Part shown: positions 1-10,093 of the stretch, in pieces
Numbering within the stretch: the first letter of the stretch is position 1
Layout: each line of letters begins with the position of its first letter
Source of the DNA: Alphaproteobacteria bacterium
Lineage (GTDB): Bacteria > Pseudomonadota > Alphaproteobacteria > MPNO01 > UBA830
Direction of reading: 5' to 3'
NCBI GenBank assembly: GCA_964291215.2
Contig: OZ219791.1
Location: forward strand, 768,001 to 832,000
Length of the DNA stretch: 64,000 bases
Notes under the pieces: generated by a model
Seen by the model: the letters and a program-made list of their open reading frames with translations, nothing else
Told to the model about the DNA's origin: nothing
Databases searched by the model: none
Program-made: the position numbers and the translations under genes

Positions 1-146
1 GTCATCAGGTTGAACAGCGACGACTTGCCCGCCCCGTTGGGGCCGATGATGCCCACGGCTGCGCCTTCGGCGACGGACAGGCTCACCCCGTCGGCGACGA
101 CGACGGATCCGAACGCTTTCGAAAGGCCGGTGATCTCGAGCAGCAT
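1..146 (-). CDS. Branched-chain-type ABC transporter ATP-binding protein (5' part, runs off window)
   Basis: Manual translation from ATG at 146: MLLEITGLSKAFGSVVVADGVSLSVAEGAAVGIIGPNGAGKSSLFNLM, with Walker A GPNGAGKS; follows the binding-protein gene. Confidence 0.85.
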   Translation of the reverse strand, partial: MLLEITGLSKAFGSVVVADGVSLSVAEGAAVGIIGPNGAGKSSLFNLM

Positions 147-186
147 CGGCGGACAGGCCGGCCGCTGTCCGCCGCCTGCGGGCCGC

Positions 187-1509
187 TCAGGAAAGCGCCT
201 GCATCTCGGCGGTGACCGGGATCTGCGGCGCCGTGCGGTTGTCGGTGATCACGAGATCGTACTTGCCGCCGCCGACATGCCGCCACTGCCCGCCGACCAG
301 CGGGGTCTTGGAAATGTTCTTGGCGGCGAACGGCGGCACGCCCTTCCCGTCCCAATGGACATTGCCGACTATGGTGTCGAGGTTGGTGGAAGCGATGGCG
401 TCGCGAATGGCCTCGTTGCTGCCGATGTCGGCGGTCCGCTTGAGCACGTCGACGGCCATCTCGAACAGGCTGTGCACGAAACCGATCGGCTGCGTCCACT
501 GCTTCCCGGTGGCCTTGCTATAGGCCCTTGCGAGCTCGGCGGACGACTGTCCGGTCAGCGACGAACGGAACGGATGCGCCGGTGTCCACCAGACTTCCGA
601 GGACAGGTTGTGCCCGGCCTTGCCGAGGGCCTCGACCGAGACCGGGAACAGGATCGCCTTTCCGACGCTCGCCGCCTTGGGGCGGAAGCCCTGCTGGCGC
701 GCCTGGGTCCAGAAGGTGGTGAAGTCGGGCGGCAGCATGACGCCGGTCATGATCTCCGCGCCGGCATTCTTGTAAGCGGTGATCTGGGCCGTGAAATCGT
801 CCGTCAGATTCTGGTAGCGGCCGGGATCGATGAGCTTGAAGCCCTTGGCGGCCAGCGCCGGCGGGAAGCCCACATTCTTGTCGCCCCAGGCATTGCCGTC
901 TGCGTCGTTGGGAAAGGCGGCGCCGACCACCTTGTTGGTGTCGAGCTGTGACCACATGTTGGTGAACACCGCGATGACGTCCTCAAGCCCCCAGAAATAG
1001 TGATAGGCCCAGTCGAAGCGCTTCCAGGTCTTCGGATCGCCCGGATTGCCCTGCTGGCCGATGAACCAGGGCTGCCACGGGCAGTTGGTCGAGATGCAGG
1101 GCACCTCTTCGATCTCGCACTGCGTCGCGACCGGGTTGGTGGTTTCCGGGGTGTTGGCGACCATGATCAGGTCGACCTTGTCGTCGACGATCAGCTCCTT
1201 GGCCACTTCGGCCGCGCGGTTCGGGTTGGATTGCGAATCCTTGACGATCACCTCGATCTTGTGGGTCTGCTTGCCGAGCTTGAGACCGTTGCGCATCACC
1301 GCGCGGAAGGCATCGGCGGTGAAGTTGTCGCTTTCGCCGAACGGTGCGAGCGGGCCGGTCTGCGGGCTTACATAGCCGAGCTTGATGGTCCGCGCCTGCG
1401 CGATCGCGGGGGCCGGGAACTGGGACATGGCCGCCGCCGCGCCTGCCGCTGCCGATGTCGCCACGAAGGTGCGGCGCGTGACCCTGCACCCCTTTTCGTC
1501 TGTCTTCAT
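187..1509 (-). CDS. ABC transporter substrate-binding protein (Leu/Ile/Val-binding family, Tat signal), probably for aromatic compounds
   Basis: 440 aa; TRRTFVA twin-arginine signal; IKLGYVSPQTGPLA and DSQSNPNRAAEVA motifs. Confidence 0.88.
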   Translation of the reverse strand: MKTDEKGCRVTRRTFVATSAAAGAAAAMSQFPAPAIAQARTIKLGYVSPQTGPLAPFGESDNFTADAFRAVMRNGLKLGKQTHKIEVIVKDSQSNPNRAAEVAKELIVDDKVDLIMVANTPETTNPVATQCEIEEVPCISTNCPWQPWFIGQQGNPGDPKTWKRFDWAYHYFWGLEDVIAVFTNMWSQLDTNKVVGAAFPNDADGNAWGDKNVGFPPALAAKGFKLIDPGRYQNLTDDFTAQITAYKNAGAEIMTGVMLPPDFTTFWTQARQQGFRPKAASVGKAILFPVSVEALGKAGHNLSSEVWWTPAHPFRSSLTGQSSAELARAYSKATGKQWTQPIGFVHSLFEMAVDVLKRTADIGSNEAIRDAIASTNLDTIVGNVHWDGKGVPPFAAKNISKTPLVGGQWRHVGGGKYDLVITDNRTAPQIPVTAEMQALS

Positions 1510-1525
1510 CTGCTGTTTCCTCCGG

Positions 1526-3130
1526 TTACTTGTCCTTGGCGACGTGATAGCTCAGTGCGCCGGGATCGGTGAGGTCGGGAACGGTCCAGCCGTCGAGATC
1601 GTATTCGGCCATGCACTGTTCGGCGAATCCCTTCATCTTGTCGACATCGCCGCTCGCCATGGCGCCGAACAGCGCGTAGCGGCGGATCTCCTCGGTCGAA
1701 CCGGAATAGTTGATCTCGTAGAGCTCGTGCCGGCCTCCGAACTCGGTTCCGATGGCGTCCCACAGGAGCTTCATCAGCTTGACCCTGTGCTCCGCATCAT
1801 AGCCGTTCGAGCCCCGGAGATAACGGTCCAGATAGGGCCGCAACTCGGGACTGGCGAAGTCCCTGGCGTGCGAGTTCAGGAAGATCAGGCCCGAGGCCGC
1901 CGTCTCCTCGATGATATACTTGATCTTCGAATAGGCGAAGCTCATCAGCACCTGGTAGGCGCTCGCCGGCGTCATGTTCGGCAGCAGGTAGTCGCCGAGC
2001 CACGGCATCGGGTTGCGCACCATGGCGTCCGTCAGCGACCAGAACATGTTGCGCCAGGCGATGATCTCGCCGACATTGGCCTGGACACCGCGGAAATCCT
2101 TGGTGCCGGCGGCGTCGATCGCCTTGAGAATCAGCCCCGCGATGAAGTCGAGCTTCACCGCCAGGCGCGTGCAGCCGTGCAGCAGCGCACGCGGCAGGAA
2201 TCCGGTTTGCGGGAAGAAGTTGTTGGCCGTGTCGATGTCACCGTAGACGAAGACATTTTCCCATGGAATCAGCACCTTGTCGAGCACGAAGATCGCGTCG
2301 TTCTCGTCCATGCGGCTCGACAGCGGATAGTCGAACGGACTGCCCATGACGGTCGCGGTCAGTTCGAACGAGGTGCGGCAGATGAACTTCACGCCTGGTG
2401 CGTTGGACGGGATCATGAAGATGGCCGCGAAGTTCTTGTCCTGGATCGGGATCAGGCCGTGATGGGCGACGAACGTGTAGTTGGTCAGGGCCGATCCGGT
2501 GGCGACGACCTTGGCGCCGGAAACGACGATGCCGGCGTCGGTCTCCTTCTCGACATGCACGCAGACATCGCCGACCTCGTTCGGCGGCTTGTCGCGGTCC
2601 ATCGGGGGATGAATGATCGCGTGATTGACGAACGGCACCCGCTCCTGGCTGAACCTGTACCAGCGCTGCGCGTTCTCCTGGTAGGGGTTGTAGAACTCGG
2701 CGTTGGCGCCGAGCGTGGCGAGAAACGCCGCCTTGTAGTCCGGTGCGCGGCCGGCCCAGCCATAGGTCAGGCGCGCCCACTGGGCGATGGCGTCGCGCCC
2801 GGCAACCGAGTCCTCGACCGTCTTCGGCGCCTTGAAATAGGCCTGGGTCATGCCGCCGGAGCCGGTGTCGGTTGGCGTCATCAGGTTTCCGGCGAGTTCC
2901 GGATCGTGCATGGCGTCGTAGAGCCGCGCGATCATGCGCGCCGTGTTGCGGAAGGCCGGGTGCTCGGTAACCTTGCCGACCCGCTCGCCGTAGATGTAGA
3001 TCGCGCGGCCGTCGTCGATCGAGTCGAGAAACTCGGCCCCGGTCATCGAAGAGGATGCCGTCACGTTGCCGATGGTTTCCGGCCGGGCCGCGTACGCGAC
3101 CTTCTCTTCGAAATGGCGAATGTCGTCCAT
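1526..3130 (-). CDS. hpaB: Flavin-dependent two-component aromatic hydroxylase, oxygenase subunit (4-hydroxyphenylacetate 3-monooxygenase / phenol hydroxylase family)
   Basis: C-terminal 534 aa of ORF 1526..4351; [65 protein letters not shown] closely follow E. coli HpaB; exact substrate uncertain. Confidence 0.88.
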   Translation of the reverse strand: MDDIRHFEEKVAYAARPETIGNVTASSSMTGAEFLDSIDDGRAIYIYGERVGKVTEHPAFRNTARMIARLYDAMHDPELAGNLMTPTDTGSGGMTQAYFKAPKTVEDSVAGRDAIAQWARLTYGWAGRAPDYKAAFLATLGANAEFYNPYQENAQRWYRFSQERVPFVNHAIIHPPMDRDKPPNEVGDVCVHVEKETDAGIVVSGAKVVATGSALTNYTFVAHHGLIPIQDKNFAAIFMIPSNAPGVKFICRTSFELTATVMGSPFDYPLSSRMDENDAIFVLDKVLIPWENVFVYGDIDTANNFFPQTGFLPRALLHGCTRLAVKLDFIAGLILKAIDAAGTKDFRGVQANVGEIIAWRNMFWSLTDAMVRNPMPWLGDYLLPNMTPASAYQVLMSFAYSKIKYIIEETAASGLIFLNSHARDFASPELRPYLDRYLRGSNGYDAEHRVKLMKLLWDAIGTEFGGRHELYEINYSGSTEEIRRYALFGAMASGDVDKMKGFAEQCMAEYDLDGWTVPDLTDPGALSYHVAKDK

Positions 3131-3295
3131 GAACTGCCTCCGCTGGCGCTGGGGTTCGGCCGATATTGGCTTGTTTGCCGGTCGTGGGCAAGCGCAGCGG
3201 AGTGCGCGCCTTGAAGTCGGGCCGACACTCCCGGATACTGTGGCCGGCACGGTCCGGCGGCCGTATGTGGACGCCGGTTGTAGAGGAGAACGGAA

Positions 3296-4564
3296 TTGCA
3301 GCACGACGACACGACTGCGGCCGGAACCGACGGCGCCGTGCCGGTTCCCGGCGCGTGGCCCGCCGACATGACGCTGATTCCGGACTGGATCTACACCGAC
3401 CCCGACATCTACGAACGCGAAAAGGACAGGATATTCCTCGGAGCGCACTGGAACTATGTCGGCCTCGAATGCGAAGCGCCGAACCCCGGCGACTATTTCC
3501 GTTCCTATGTGGGCCCGTTCCCCGTGGTCGTCGCGCGCGACGAGGACGGAGAGATCCATGTCTTCGAGAACCGCTGTGCCCATCGCGGTGTCGAGTTCTG
3601 CCGCGCCTACCGCGGGTCCGGTGAACGCTTCATCTGTCCGTATCACAACTGGACCTACAACCTTCGCGGCGATCTCGTCGCGGTGCCGTTCCGCCGCGGG
3701 GTGCGGGGCCGGGGCGGGGCGCCCGCCGGCTTCGACATGGCCGCGCACGGGCTGGCAAGGTTTCGGGTGGCGCGCCGCGGCGGCGTGGTCTTTGCGACCG
3801 TCGGCGACGAGGTCGAATCCCTCGAGGATTATCTCGGGCCGGGCATCCTCAAGGAGTTCGACGCCACCTTCGACGGCGGCGAGATGCGGCTCCTCGGCGT
3901 CCACCGCAATCTCGTCCGAAGCAACTGGAAGCTCTACCAGGAGAACCTCAAGGATCCCTATCATGCGACGCTGCTGCACACCTATCTGACGACGTTCGGC
4001 CTCTTCGTCACCAGCAATGAGACCAGCATTCCAACCGACGCGCGCGGCCGCCATGGCGGCCTTCTGACGCGGCGGCCCGAAGGTCGGCCGGAGGTCACCG
4101 AAGAGGAGCAGAGCGACATGCAGGCGTTTCGCGCCGCGATGGAGCTGAACGACCCCCGCGTGCTCGATTTCGTGCGTGAATTCGAGTCCGAATGGTCGGC
4201 CTCGGTGCTGACGATCTTCCCGACGCTCACGGCGTTGCGCCAGACCAACATTCTCAACACGCGGCTCCTGGTCCCGCGCGGCCCCGATTCCTTCATGATG
4301 GTCTGGACCGTGTTCGGGCGCGCCGGGGACGACGACGAGATGGTCCGCCACCGGCTCCGCCAGAACAACATCTTCGGCCCTGCCGGCTTCCTCGGAATCG
4401 AGGACAACGAGGCGCTCGCCTTCCTCCAGCAGGGCGTGCGGAGGTCGCGCCCGGGCTACGGGCTCGCGATGCTCGGCGACGACGGCGAGCCGGTCGACAC
4501 CATGATCACCGAACGCGCCATTCGCGGCATGTACCGCTACTACCGCGACGTGATGGATCTCTGA
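3296..4564 (+). CDS. Rieske aromatic ring-hydroxylating oxygenase alpha subunit (salicylate/anthranilate/terephthalate-type group)
   Basis: Rieske ligands NRCAHRG and CPYHNW; mononuclear Fe motif [13 protein letters not shown]; [12 protein letters not shown]. Confidence 0.92.
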   Translation: MQHDDTTAAGTDGAVPVPGAWPADMTLIPDWIYTDPDIYEREKDRIFLGAHWNYVGLECEAPNPGDYFRSYVGPFPVVVARDEDGEIHVFENRCAHRGVEFCRAYRGSGERFICPYHNWTYNLRGDLVAVPFRRGVRGRGGAPAGFDMAAHGLARFRVARRGGVVFATVGDEVESLEDYLGPGILKEFDATFDGGEMRLLGVHRNLVRSNWKLYQENLKDPYHATLLHTYLTTFGLFVTSNETSIPTDARGRHGGLLTRRPEGRPEVTEEEQSDMQAFRAAMELNDPRVLDFVREFESEWSASVLTIFPTLTALRQTNILNTRLLVPRGPDSFMMVWTVFGRAGDDDEMVRHRLRQNNIFGPAGFLGIEDNEALAFLQQGVRRSRPGYGLAMLGDDGEPVDTMITERAIRGMYRYYRDVMDL

Positions 4565-5064
4565 TGACGGCGGCCGTCATGACCCCGGCCGCCGAGTGGC
4601 GCGAGATCCGCTTCGCGATCGAGGAATTCCACACCGAATATGCCGCCGTGCTCGACCGCTTCGACCTCGACCGGTGGGTCGAGTTCTTTACCGAGGACGC
4701 CGTGTACCACGTCGTCGCCCGCGACAACGAGGAGTCCGGCCTGCCGCTGGGGCTCATTTACTGCGAGGGCAAGGCGATGCTGAAGGATCGCGCCTATGCC
4801 ATCCTGAACACCGAGATGTTCGCACCGCGCTATCTCCAGCTCTCGGTGACCAACACCCGGATCCGCGCCGTGGAGGGGCAGCTGGTGCGCGCGGAAGCCA
4901 ACTACCAGCTCTTCGAGACTCTCGTCGAGGAGCCGACGCGTGTGCAGCAGGTCGGAAAGTACCGCGACCTGTTCGTCGTGGACGGCCGCGCGGTCCTGCT
5001 CAAGGAGCGTCGGTGCGTCTATGACAGCGTGATGATCGACAATTGCCTGGTGTTTCCGGTCTGA
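4564..5064 (+). CDS. Ring-hydroxylating oxygenase beta subunit
   Basis: ATG overlaps the alpha-subunit stop (TGATG); [35 protein letters not shown]; ends LVFPV. Confidence 0.9.
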   Translation: MTAAVMTPAAEWREIRFAIEEFHTEYAAVLDRFDLDRWVEFFTEDAVYHVVARDNEESGLPLGLIYCEGKAMLKDRAYAILNTEMFAPRYLQLSVTNTRIRAVEGQLVRAEANYQLFETLVEEPTRVQQVGKYRDLFVVDGRAVLLKERRCVYDSVMIDNCLVFPV

Positions 5065-5096
5065 CCGTGGCACCTGGCCGGCGAAAGGACTCCGAC

Positions 5097-5468
5097 ATGG
5101 CACAGCAGCCGCTCGCAACCAAGGGCAACTACTTCCACATCTACGACTTCCGGGTCAGGCCGGGGACCGGCCCCGAGTTCCTCAGGAAATTCGAGGAGTT
5201 CGACTATTCCGATGACAATCCGATGCACAAGTCGCCGGCCCAGGTGAAGGACGGCGTCATGCTTCAGGACATCGACGACCCGGACCATTTCTACCTCATC
5301 GCTGAATGGGCCGATGTCGAGGAACACCGGAGAATCCTGAACGAGGTGCAGGCGATGGCGCCCGAGTTCGCCGGCTACATCGAGGATCTCGACAAGGGTG
5401 CCTTCATTCCCAAGTATGCCGAAATCGTGTCGTCGACGCCGCAGCACATTCTCGACGCGGCCGAATGA
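5097..5468 (+). CDS. ABM (antibiotic biosynthesis monooxygenase)-like dimeric alpha/beta barrel protein
   Basis: AAGGA RBS; FRVRPG..EF and LQDIDDPDHFYLIAEW patterns; biased codon usage. Confidence 0.6.
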   Translation: MAQQPLATKGNYFHIYDFRVRPGTGPEFLRKFEEFDYSDDNPMHKSPAQVKDGVMLQDIDDPDHFYLIAEWADVEEHRRILNEVQAMAPEFAGYIEDLDKGAFIPKYAEIVSSTPQHILDAAE

Positions 5469-5527
5469 CGCGGCGGCGGTCCGCGCACCTTCGGCGCTGC
5501 CGCCCGGCCGCGCCCGAAGCGTAGACC

Positions 5528-7822
5528 TCAGTCGCCCCCGTCGGTCGCGTCCGGAGTACCCGGCCGCAGGACGCCGGGGCCGGTTGCGGCTCGCGCCGCC
5601 GGAGGCTGGTTCGCCGGTTGCGGCGGACGGGCCTCCTCGAGCCGCACCGACGCGGCTGGCGCGCGGCCCGACTTGTCCTCGCCGAAATACACCGTCTGGT
5701 GGGGGAACGGAATCTCGATCCCGAGCTCGTCGAAACGGTGCTTGACGCGGCGGTTGAACTCGCGCCCCACGGACCACTGCATACCGGGATCCGTCATGAT
5801 CCGGCCGCGGATGACGACCGCCGAATCGGCAAGCGCATCGAGCCCCATGATCTCGAGCGGTTCGCGCACCACCGGGCCGAAGATCGGGTCGGCCCTGAGC
5901 TCCTCGCCGATGACGGACAGTATCCCGATCACCTCGTCGACATCTTCGCGATAGGCCACGCCGATGTTGAAGACATGCCGCGAATAGTCCTTGGTCATGT
6001 TGGTGACCGTGGAAACCGAGCTGAAGGGGAGGACATGCACGTTGCCGCCGAGATCGCGGAGACGGATGGTGCGGATCGTGATGTCCTCGACGGTGCCGGT
6101 GATGCCGCCGACCGAGATCACGTCGCTGACGGCGAACTGGTCCTCGGCGAGTATGAAGAAGCCGGTGATCACGTCCTTGACCAGCGTCTGTGCGCCGAAT
6201 CCGACCGCGAGGCCGACGACGCCGGCGCCGGCGAGCAGCGGTCCGATATCGACCCCGATCTCCGACAGGACCACGAAACCCGAGATTGTCACGGTGACGA
6301 TCAGCAGAGTCCGGCGGAGCAGGGGAAGCAGCGTGCGCGCCCGGGCGCCCGGCTCGCGGTCACCGGCGAGCTGGCGCTCGATCATCGCGCTCGCGATCTC
6401 CCAGAACAGGGCGGCGGCGGCGCCGACGACGGCGATCGAGACCGCGGCGCCGATCACCCTGCGTCCGGCGTCGGTGGCGATCCAGTCGAAGGCCTCGATG
6501 CCCCAGGCTTCCAACGCCGCCAGCGCCGCGAACACGGTGACGAGCGCCGTTGCAGCGACATGCAGGATCGCGAAATACCGGTCCGCTCGGGTGGCGAGAG
6601 CAGGATAGCGGGCGATGATGTCGGCGCGCAGCCCGAAGACATGGTTGAGGATCCGGTGCGCGGCGATGATCAGGAGCTTGGCCGCGATCACGATCGCGAG
6701 GCTGATCGCGCTGGCCTGCAGGACGTACGCGAAGCCGCCCGGAATGCCGAGCATCCAGACGGCGTAGACGGCGCCGAAATAGATCACCGCGAGCACGTGC
6801 CAGATGTCGGCGAACCGCCTGCGGAGCAGCCGCAGACCGGCGAACCCGCCCCCCTCCGGTCCGCGGAGCCAGGCGCCGACGGCCTCCCGGTTCTGAAGCA
6901 CGAAGATCATTGCCAGCAGCGCGAAAACCAGCCCGATGATCCGCGTCAGCGCCATGTAGGCGCCCGCCGCGAGGCCCAGTGACAGCGAGGCCTCGGCCAG
7001 GAAGTAGCCGGCGGCACCGACCATGGCGAAGCGGCGGACCCACGCCATGAGGTAGTTCGCGCTCTCGTCGCCGAGGCCGACGATCCGCAGATTGACGGCC
7101 CGCGGCGCAAGGACCGTCCTCCCGGCCGTAATGACGAGACTGGCGGCAATCGCGGCGTTTGTCGTCGCCAGCGCGATGATGCGCGTGAACTCCCGCGGCT
7201 CCAGGAGCGCGAGGAGGACGTAGCCGGCGGCGGCGAAGGCGGCCACCGGGAGGAGGTCGAGAATCATCCTCACCGCGAGGAACGGCAGGCGCGTCCAGGC
7301 GCTTTCCCTCTGCTGCCCCTCCACCGCCGCGCGCGGCGCCGCGAGAAGCCGGTGTGCGGCCGCCCGGATCAGGATGGCGGCGGCAAGGATGAGCGCCAGC
7401 TTCCAGAGGAAGTCGAGCCATGTGCGGCGCGCCTCGGGACTTGCCGCCTGATCGCGGAGCCACGCCGCCGTCTGCGACACGCTGAACAGAACCGAGGTGC
7501 CGGCGACGAGGTCTGCGGCGAGCCTTCCGGCGCGGCCCTGAAGGCCGCCCGGAGTCGGGTCGCCATCCCGGGCGGTTGCGCCGCGCAGCAGTTCGAGCTG
7601 GCGCAGCAGCCGCGCGCGGGCCTCCGGATCCCTGAGCGTGGCAGCGAGATCGTCGATCTCCGCGGCCTCCGCCCGCAGCGCGGAGCTGGCAGCCCGCTGC
7701 GCGGCCGTGCTCTGCGTCCCTTCATCCGCGCCCTGCGGCTGCGCCGGCAGGGGTAACGCGAGAAGCAGGGCGACGACGGCCGGCGCGAGCAGCTTCGGGA
7801 CGAGGCGGAGCAGCAGTTTCAT
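5528..7822 (-). CDS. Large MscS-family mechanosensitive channel (YbiO-like)
   Basis: Signal peptide, many TM helices, LLAGAGVVGLAVGFGAQTLVKD, TGTVEDITIRTIRLRD, GIEIPFP. Confidence 0.92.
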   Translation of the reverse strand: MKLLLRLVPKLLAPAVVALLLALPLPAQPQGADEGTQSTAAQRAASSALRAEAAEIDDLAATLRDPEARARLLRQLELLRGATARDGDPTPGGLQGRAGRLAADLVAGTSVLFSVSQTAAWLRDQAASPEARRTWLDFLWKLALILAAAILIRAAAHRLLAAPRAAVEGQQRESAWTRLPFLAVRMILDLLPVAAFAAAGYVLLALLEPREFTRIIALATTNAAIAASLVITAGRTVLAPRAVNLRIVGLGDESANYLMAWVRRFAMVGAAGYFLAEASLSLGLAAGAYMALTRIIGLVFALLAMIFVLQNREAVGAWLRGPEGGGFAGLRLLRRRFADIWHVLAVIYFGAVYAVWMLGIPGGFAYVLQASAISLAIVIAAKLLIIAAHRILNHVFGLRADIIARYPALATRADRYFAILHVAATALVTVFAALAALEAWGIEAFDWIATDAGRRVIGAAVSIAVVGAAAALFWEIASAMIERQLAGDREPGARARTLLPLLRRTLLIVTVTISGFVVLSEIGVDIGPLLAGAGVVGLAVGFGAQTLVKDVITGFFILAEDQFAVSDVISVGGITGTVEDITIRTIRLRDLGGNVHVLPFSSVSTVTNMTKDYSRHVFNIGVAYREDVDEVIGILSVIGEELRADPIFGPVVREPLEIMGLDALADSAVVIRGRIMTDPGMQWSVGREFNRRVKHRFDELGIEIPFPHQTVYFGEDKSGRAPAASVRLEEARPPQPANQPPAARAATGPGVLRPGTPDATDGGD

Positions 7823-7977
7823 GGCCTCAGGAGCTTGGTCGAGCGATGTGAAAGCCTATATGCTCCGCATCGCCATGTCACATGATCCGGCCGTGCCGGT
7901 GCGTGGTCGCCCGCGGTCCTGCCGGCACGTGCCGGGGCGGTGCGCCCTGCGCTCTACAACAACAGGATCGTCCTTTC

Positions 7978-8898
7978 GTGTCTGGCCGCATCTCCGCGAC
8001 ATGGCTCCGGCTGCCGCCCAATCTGCGGGGGATCCTGTGGATCCTGATGGGCACACTTTCCTTTGCCGCCAACGATGTCATGGTCAAGTCGCTTGGTCAG
8101 ACCATGACGCCGTTCCAGCTGGCGTTCTTCCGCTATTCGCTGGGCTTTCTCGTAATGATGCCGATCTTCCTGCGCATGGGGCTGCCGGCGCTGAAGACGA
8201 GCCGGCCCGGAATCCACGGCGCCCGTCTCATTGTCGCCTGCATCGCCCAGGTCGGCGTCTTCACGTCGGTCGTGCACTTGCCGCTGGCGGATGCCACGGC
8301 GCTCGCCTTCTCGCGCATCCTGTTCACGACGGTTGTCGCAGTGATAATGCTCCGCGAGATCGTGGGCGGGCGGCGCTGGACGGCGACCGCGGTCGGCTTC
8401 GTCGGCGTCATCATCATGGTGCGCCCGGGCGGGGACATTGATCCGGTGGCGCTGATCGCGATCGGCGCCGCCTGCATGTTCGCGGTGGCCAACGTCATGA
8501 TACGGATGATGGCGACCACGGAACCGCCGAACCGGATCCTCTTTTTCTACCAGTGCGGTGGCGCGCTGGTGTTCCTCGCCCCGACCATCTGGCTCTGGCA
8601 GACGCCTCCGACCATCCATCACTGGGGCATGGCAGGCGCCATCGGCGTCCTGACGACGCTCGGGATGGTCGGGTTCATCCGCGGATTCGCGGTCGGCGAG
8701 GCCAGCGTCATCGGACCGGTGGAATATGTCCGGCTGATCTTCGCCGTCCTTCTCGGGCTGTTGATTTTTGGCGAGGTTCCCGATCTCTGGACCGTTGTCG
8801 GCGCGCTGATCATCGTCGGGTCCACGGGCCTGCTGGCCCGCGCCGAGGCGGCGTCGAGCCAGCGACAGGATGCCGGCGGCGCCAGCCCGGCCGGCTGA
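7978..8898 (+). CDS. DMT/EamA family transporter
   Basis: About 10 TM helices; LREIVGGRRW..VGFVGVIIMVRPG; FGEVPD; start uncertain. Confidence 0.88.
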   Translation: MSGRISATWLRLPPNLRGILWILMGTLSFAANDVMVKSLGQTMTPFQLAFFRYSLGFLVMMPIFLRMGLPALKTSRPGIHGARLIVACIAQVGVFTSVVHLPLADATALAFSRILFTTVVAVIMLREIVGGRRWTATAVGFVGVIIMVRPGGDIDPVALIAIGAACMFAVANVMIRMMATTEPPNRILFFYQCGGALVFLAPTIWLWQTPPTIHHWGMAGAIGVLTTLGMVGFIRGFAVGEASVIGPVEYVRLIFAVLLGLLIFGEVPDLWTVVGALIIVGSTGLLARAEAASSQRQDAGGASPAG

Positions 8899-8914
8899 AC
8901 CGGACCGTGGCGCC

Positions 8915-9199
8915 TTATCGCTGGGCGCGGCGGCCGGGTTGTCGGAGCCAGCCGAACTGCCGTTGGGCTGCCCCGACGGCATCATCGAGCCTGTCGAAGG
9001 CAGCCGTGCCGATGGCGCCCGTTGGGCGCCATCCGGCCGGATCCTCGGGGTCGCGCCGCCATTCGTCATAACGGTAGCGGCCGTCGCCGGTCCGGAAGAT
9101 GTCGACGCAGCGCAGCCCGTCGGCGCTCTCGATCGATCTGACGATGGTTCGCGTCCCGCCCGGGCGGCAGGATTCGCGTCCGTCGGATTGCCCGGACAA
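8915..9199 (-). CDS. Small hypothetical protein
   Basis: TTG start with GGGGA RBS; protein-like stretch SIESADGLRCVDIFRTGDGRYRYDEWRRDPEDPAGW; divergent from rpmH. Confidence 0.6.
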   Translation of the reverse strand: MSGQSDGRESCRPGGTRTIVRSIESADGLRCVDIFRTGDGRYRYDEWRRDPEDPAGWRPTGAIGTAAFDRLDDAVGAAQRQFGWLRQPGRRAQR

Positions 9200-9300
9200 T
9201 TCTGTTCCCCCGTCTGTGCCGTGCTGTTGACCGGCGCCAGCCGAACCTATATACAGCGTCTGACTTGCATTGAAACCGAACCGCAAGCCGGGGTTTAGCC

Positions 9301-9435
9301 TTGAAACGCACTTTCCAACCCAGTGTCCTGGTCCGCAAACGCCGGCACGGCTTCCGCGCACGCAAGCAGACGGTCGGGGGCCGCCGGGTTCTCGCCCGTC
9401 GCCGCGCCAAGGGTCGCAAGCGTCTTTCTGCCTGA
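9301..9435 (+). CDS. rpmH: 50S ribosomal protein L34
   Basis: Not in ORF track; manual translation (TTG start) [44 protein letters not shown]. Confidence 0.97.
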   Translation: MKRTFQPSVLVRKRRHGFRARKQTVGGRRVLARRRAKGRKRLSA

Positions 9436-9447
9436 CCGGGCGGCGCC

Positions 9448-9804
9448 GTGCTTGAGCGCCTGAGGACCCGTCGGCAGTTTCTTCGCGTTGCTGCAGGCAA
9501 CAGGAAATGCGCCATGCCGGGAGTCGTGCTGCAGGTCGTGGCGCAGCCGCCGCATGACCGCTCGTCCCGGGGCGCCATGCGCTATGGCCTGACGGTGAGC
9601 CGGCGGGTTGGCAACGCGGTGGTGCGCAACCGGGTGCGCCGCCGTCTGCGCGCAGTGGCCGAGAAGGTCCTGCCGTGCGCCGCCGCCGACGGGCACGACT
9701 ATGTGCTGATCGGCCGCAAGGCGTCGGCGGGCCGGCGGTTCGACGCGCTGGAGCGGGATGTCGAGACCGGCCTGCGCCAGCTCGGCGCGGCAAGGGAATC
9801 GTGA
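9448..9804 (+). CDS. rnpA: Ribonuclease P protein component
   Basis: [24 protein letters not shown] (RNR motif); follows rpmH. Confidence 0.95.
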   Translation: MLERLRTRRQFLRVAAGNRKCAMPGVVLQVVAQPPHDRSSRGAMRYGLTVSRRVGNAVVRNRVRRRLRAVAEKVLPCAAADGHDYVLIGRKASAGRRFDALERDVETGLRQLGAARES

Positions 9805-9805
9805 G

Positions 9806-10087
9806 ATGGCCGAAACGCGGCGCTCAGGCATGATGGTGTGCGCGACGGCATCGCTGCGCCGGTTCGCGACCGGTATCCTGGTGTGGCTGGTCAGGGGTTA
9901 CCGGCTTCTCGTCTCGCCGGTGCTGCCGCCGTCCTGCCGCTTCCACCCGACCTGCTCGGGCTATGCGATCGAGGCCCTCAGGGCCCACGGCCCGTTGCGC
10001 GGCGGCGCCATGGCGCTCGCTCGCATCGCGCGCTGCCACCCTTGGGGCGGGCAGGGTTTCGACCCGGTTCCCCCGGCGCGGAAATAG
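9806..10087 (+). CDS. yidD: Membrane protein insertion efficiency factor
   Basis: [25 protein letters not shown]. Confidence 0.95.
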   Translation: MAETRRSGMMVCATASLRRFATGILVWLVRGYRLLVSPVLPPSCRFHPTCSGYAIEALRAHGPLRGGAMALARIARCHPWGGQGFDPVPPARK

Positions 10088-10093
10088 GCGGTC

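Noticed and set aside
1382-3214. Long antisense or alternate-frame ORFs (e.g. 1382..3214, 9824..12019, 12545..14407, 20138..21790, 53363..55081)
   Set aside because: Shadow ORFs of real genes in high-GC DNA, without recognisable motifs.
9200-9300. oriC/dnaA next to rpmH
   Set aside because: No dnaA gene or DnaA-box cluster; this separation is normal in Alphaproteobacteria.
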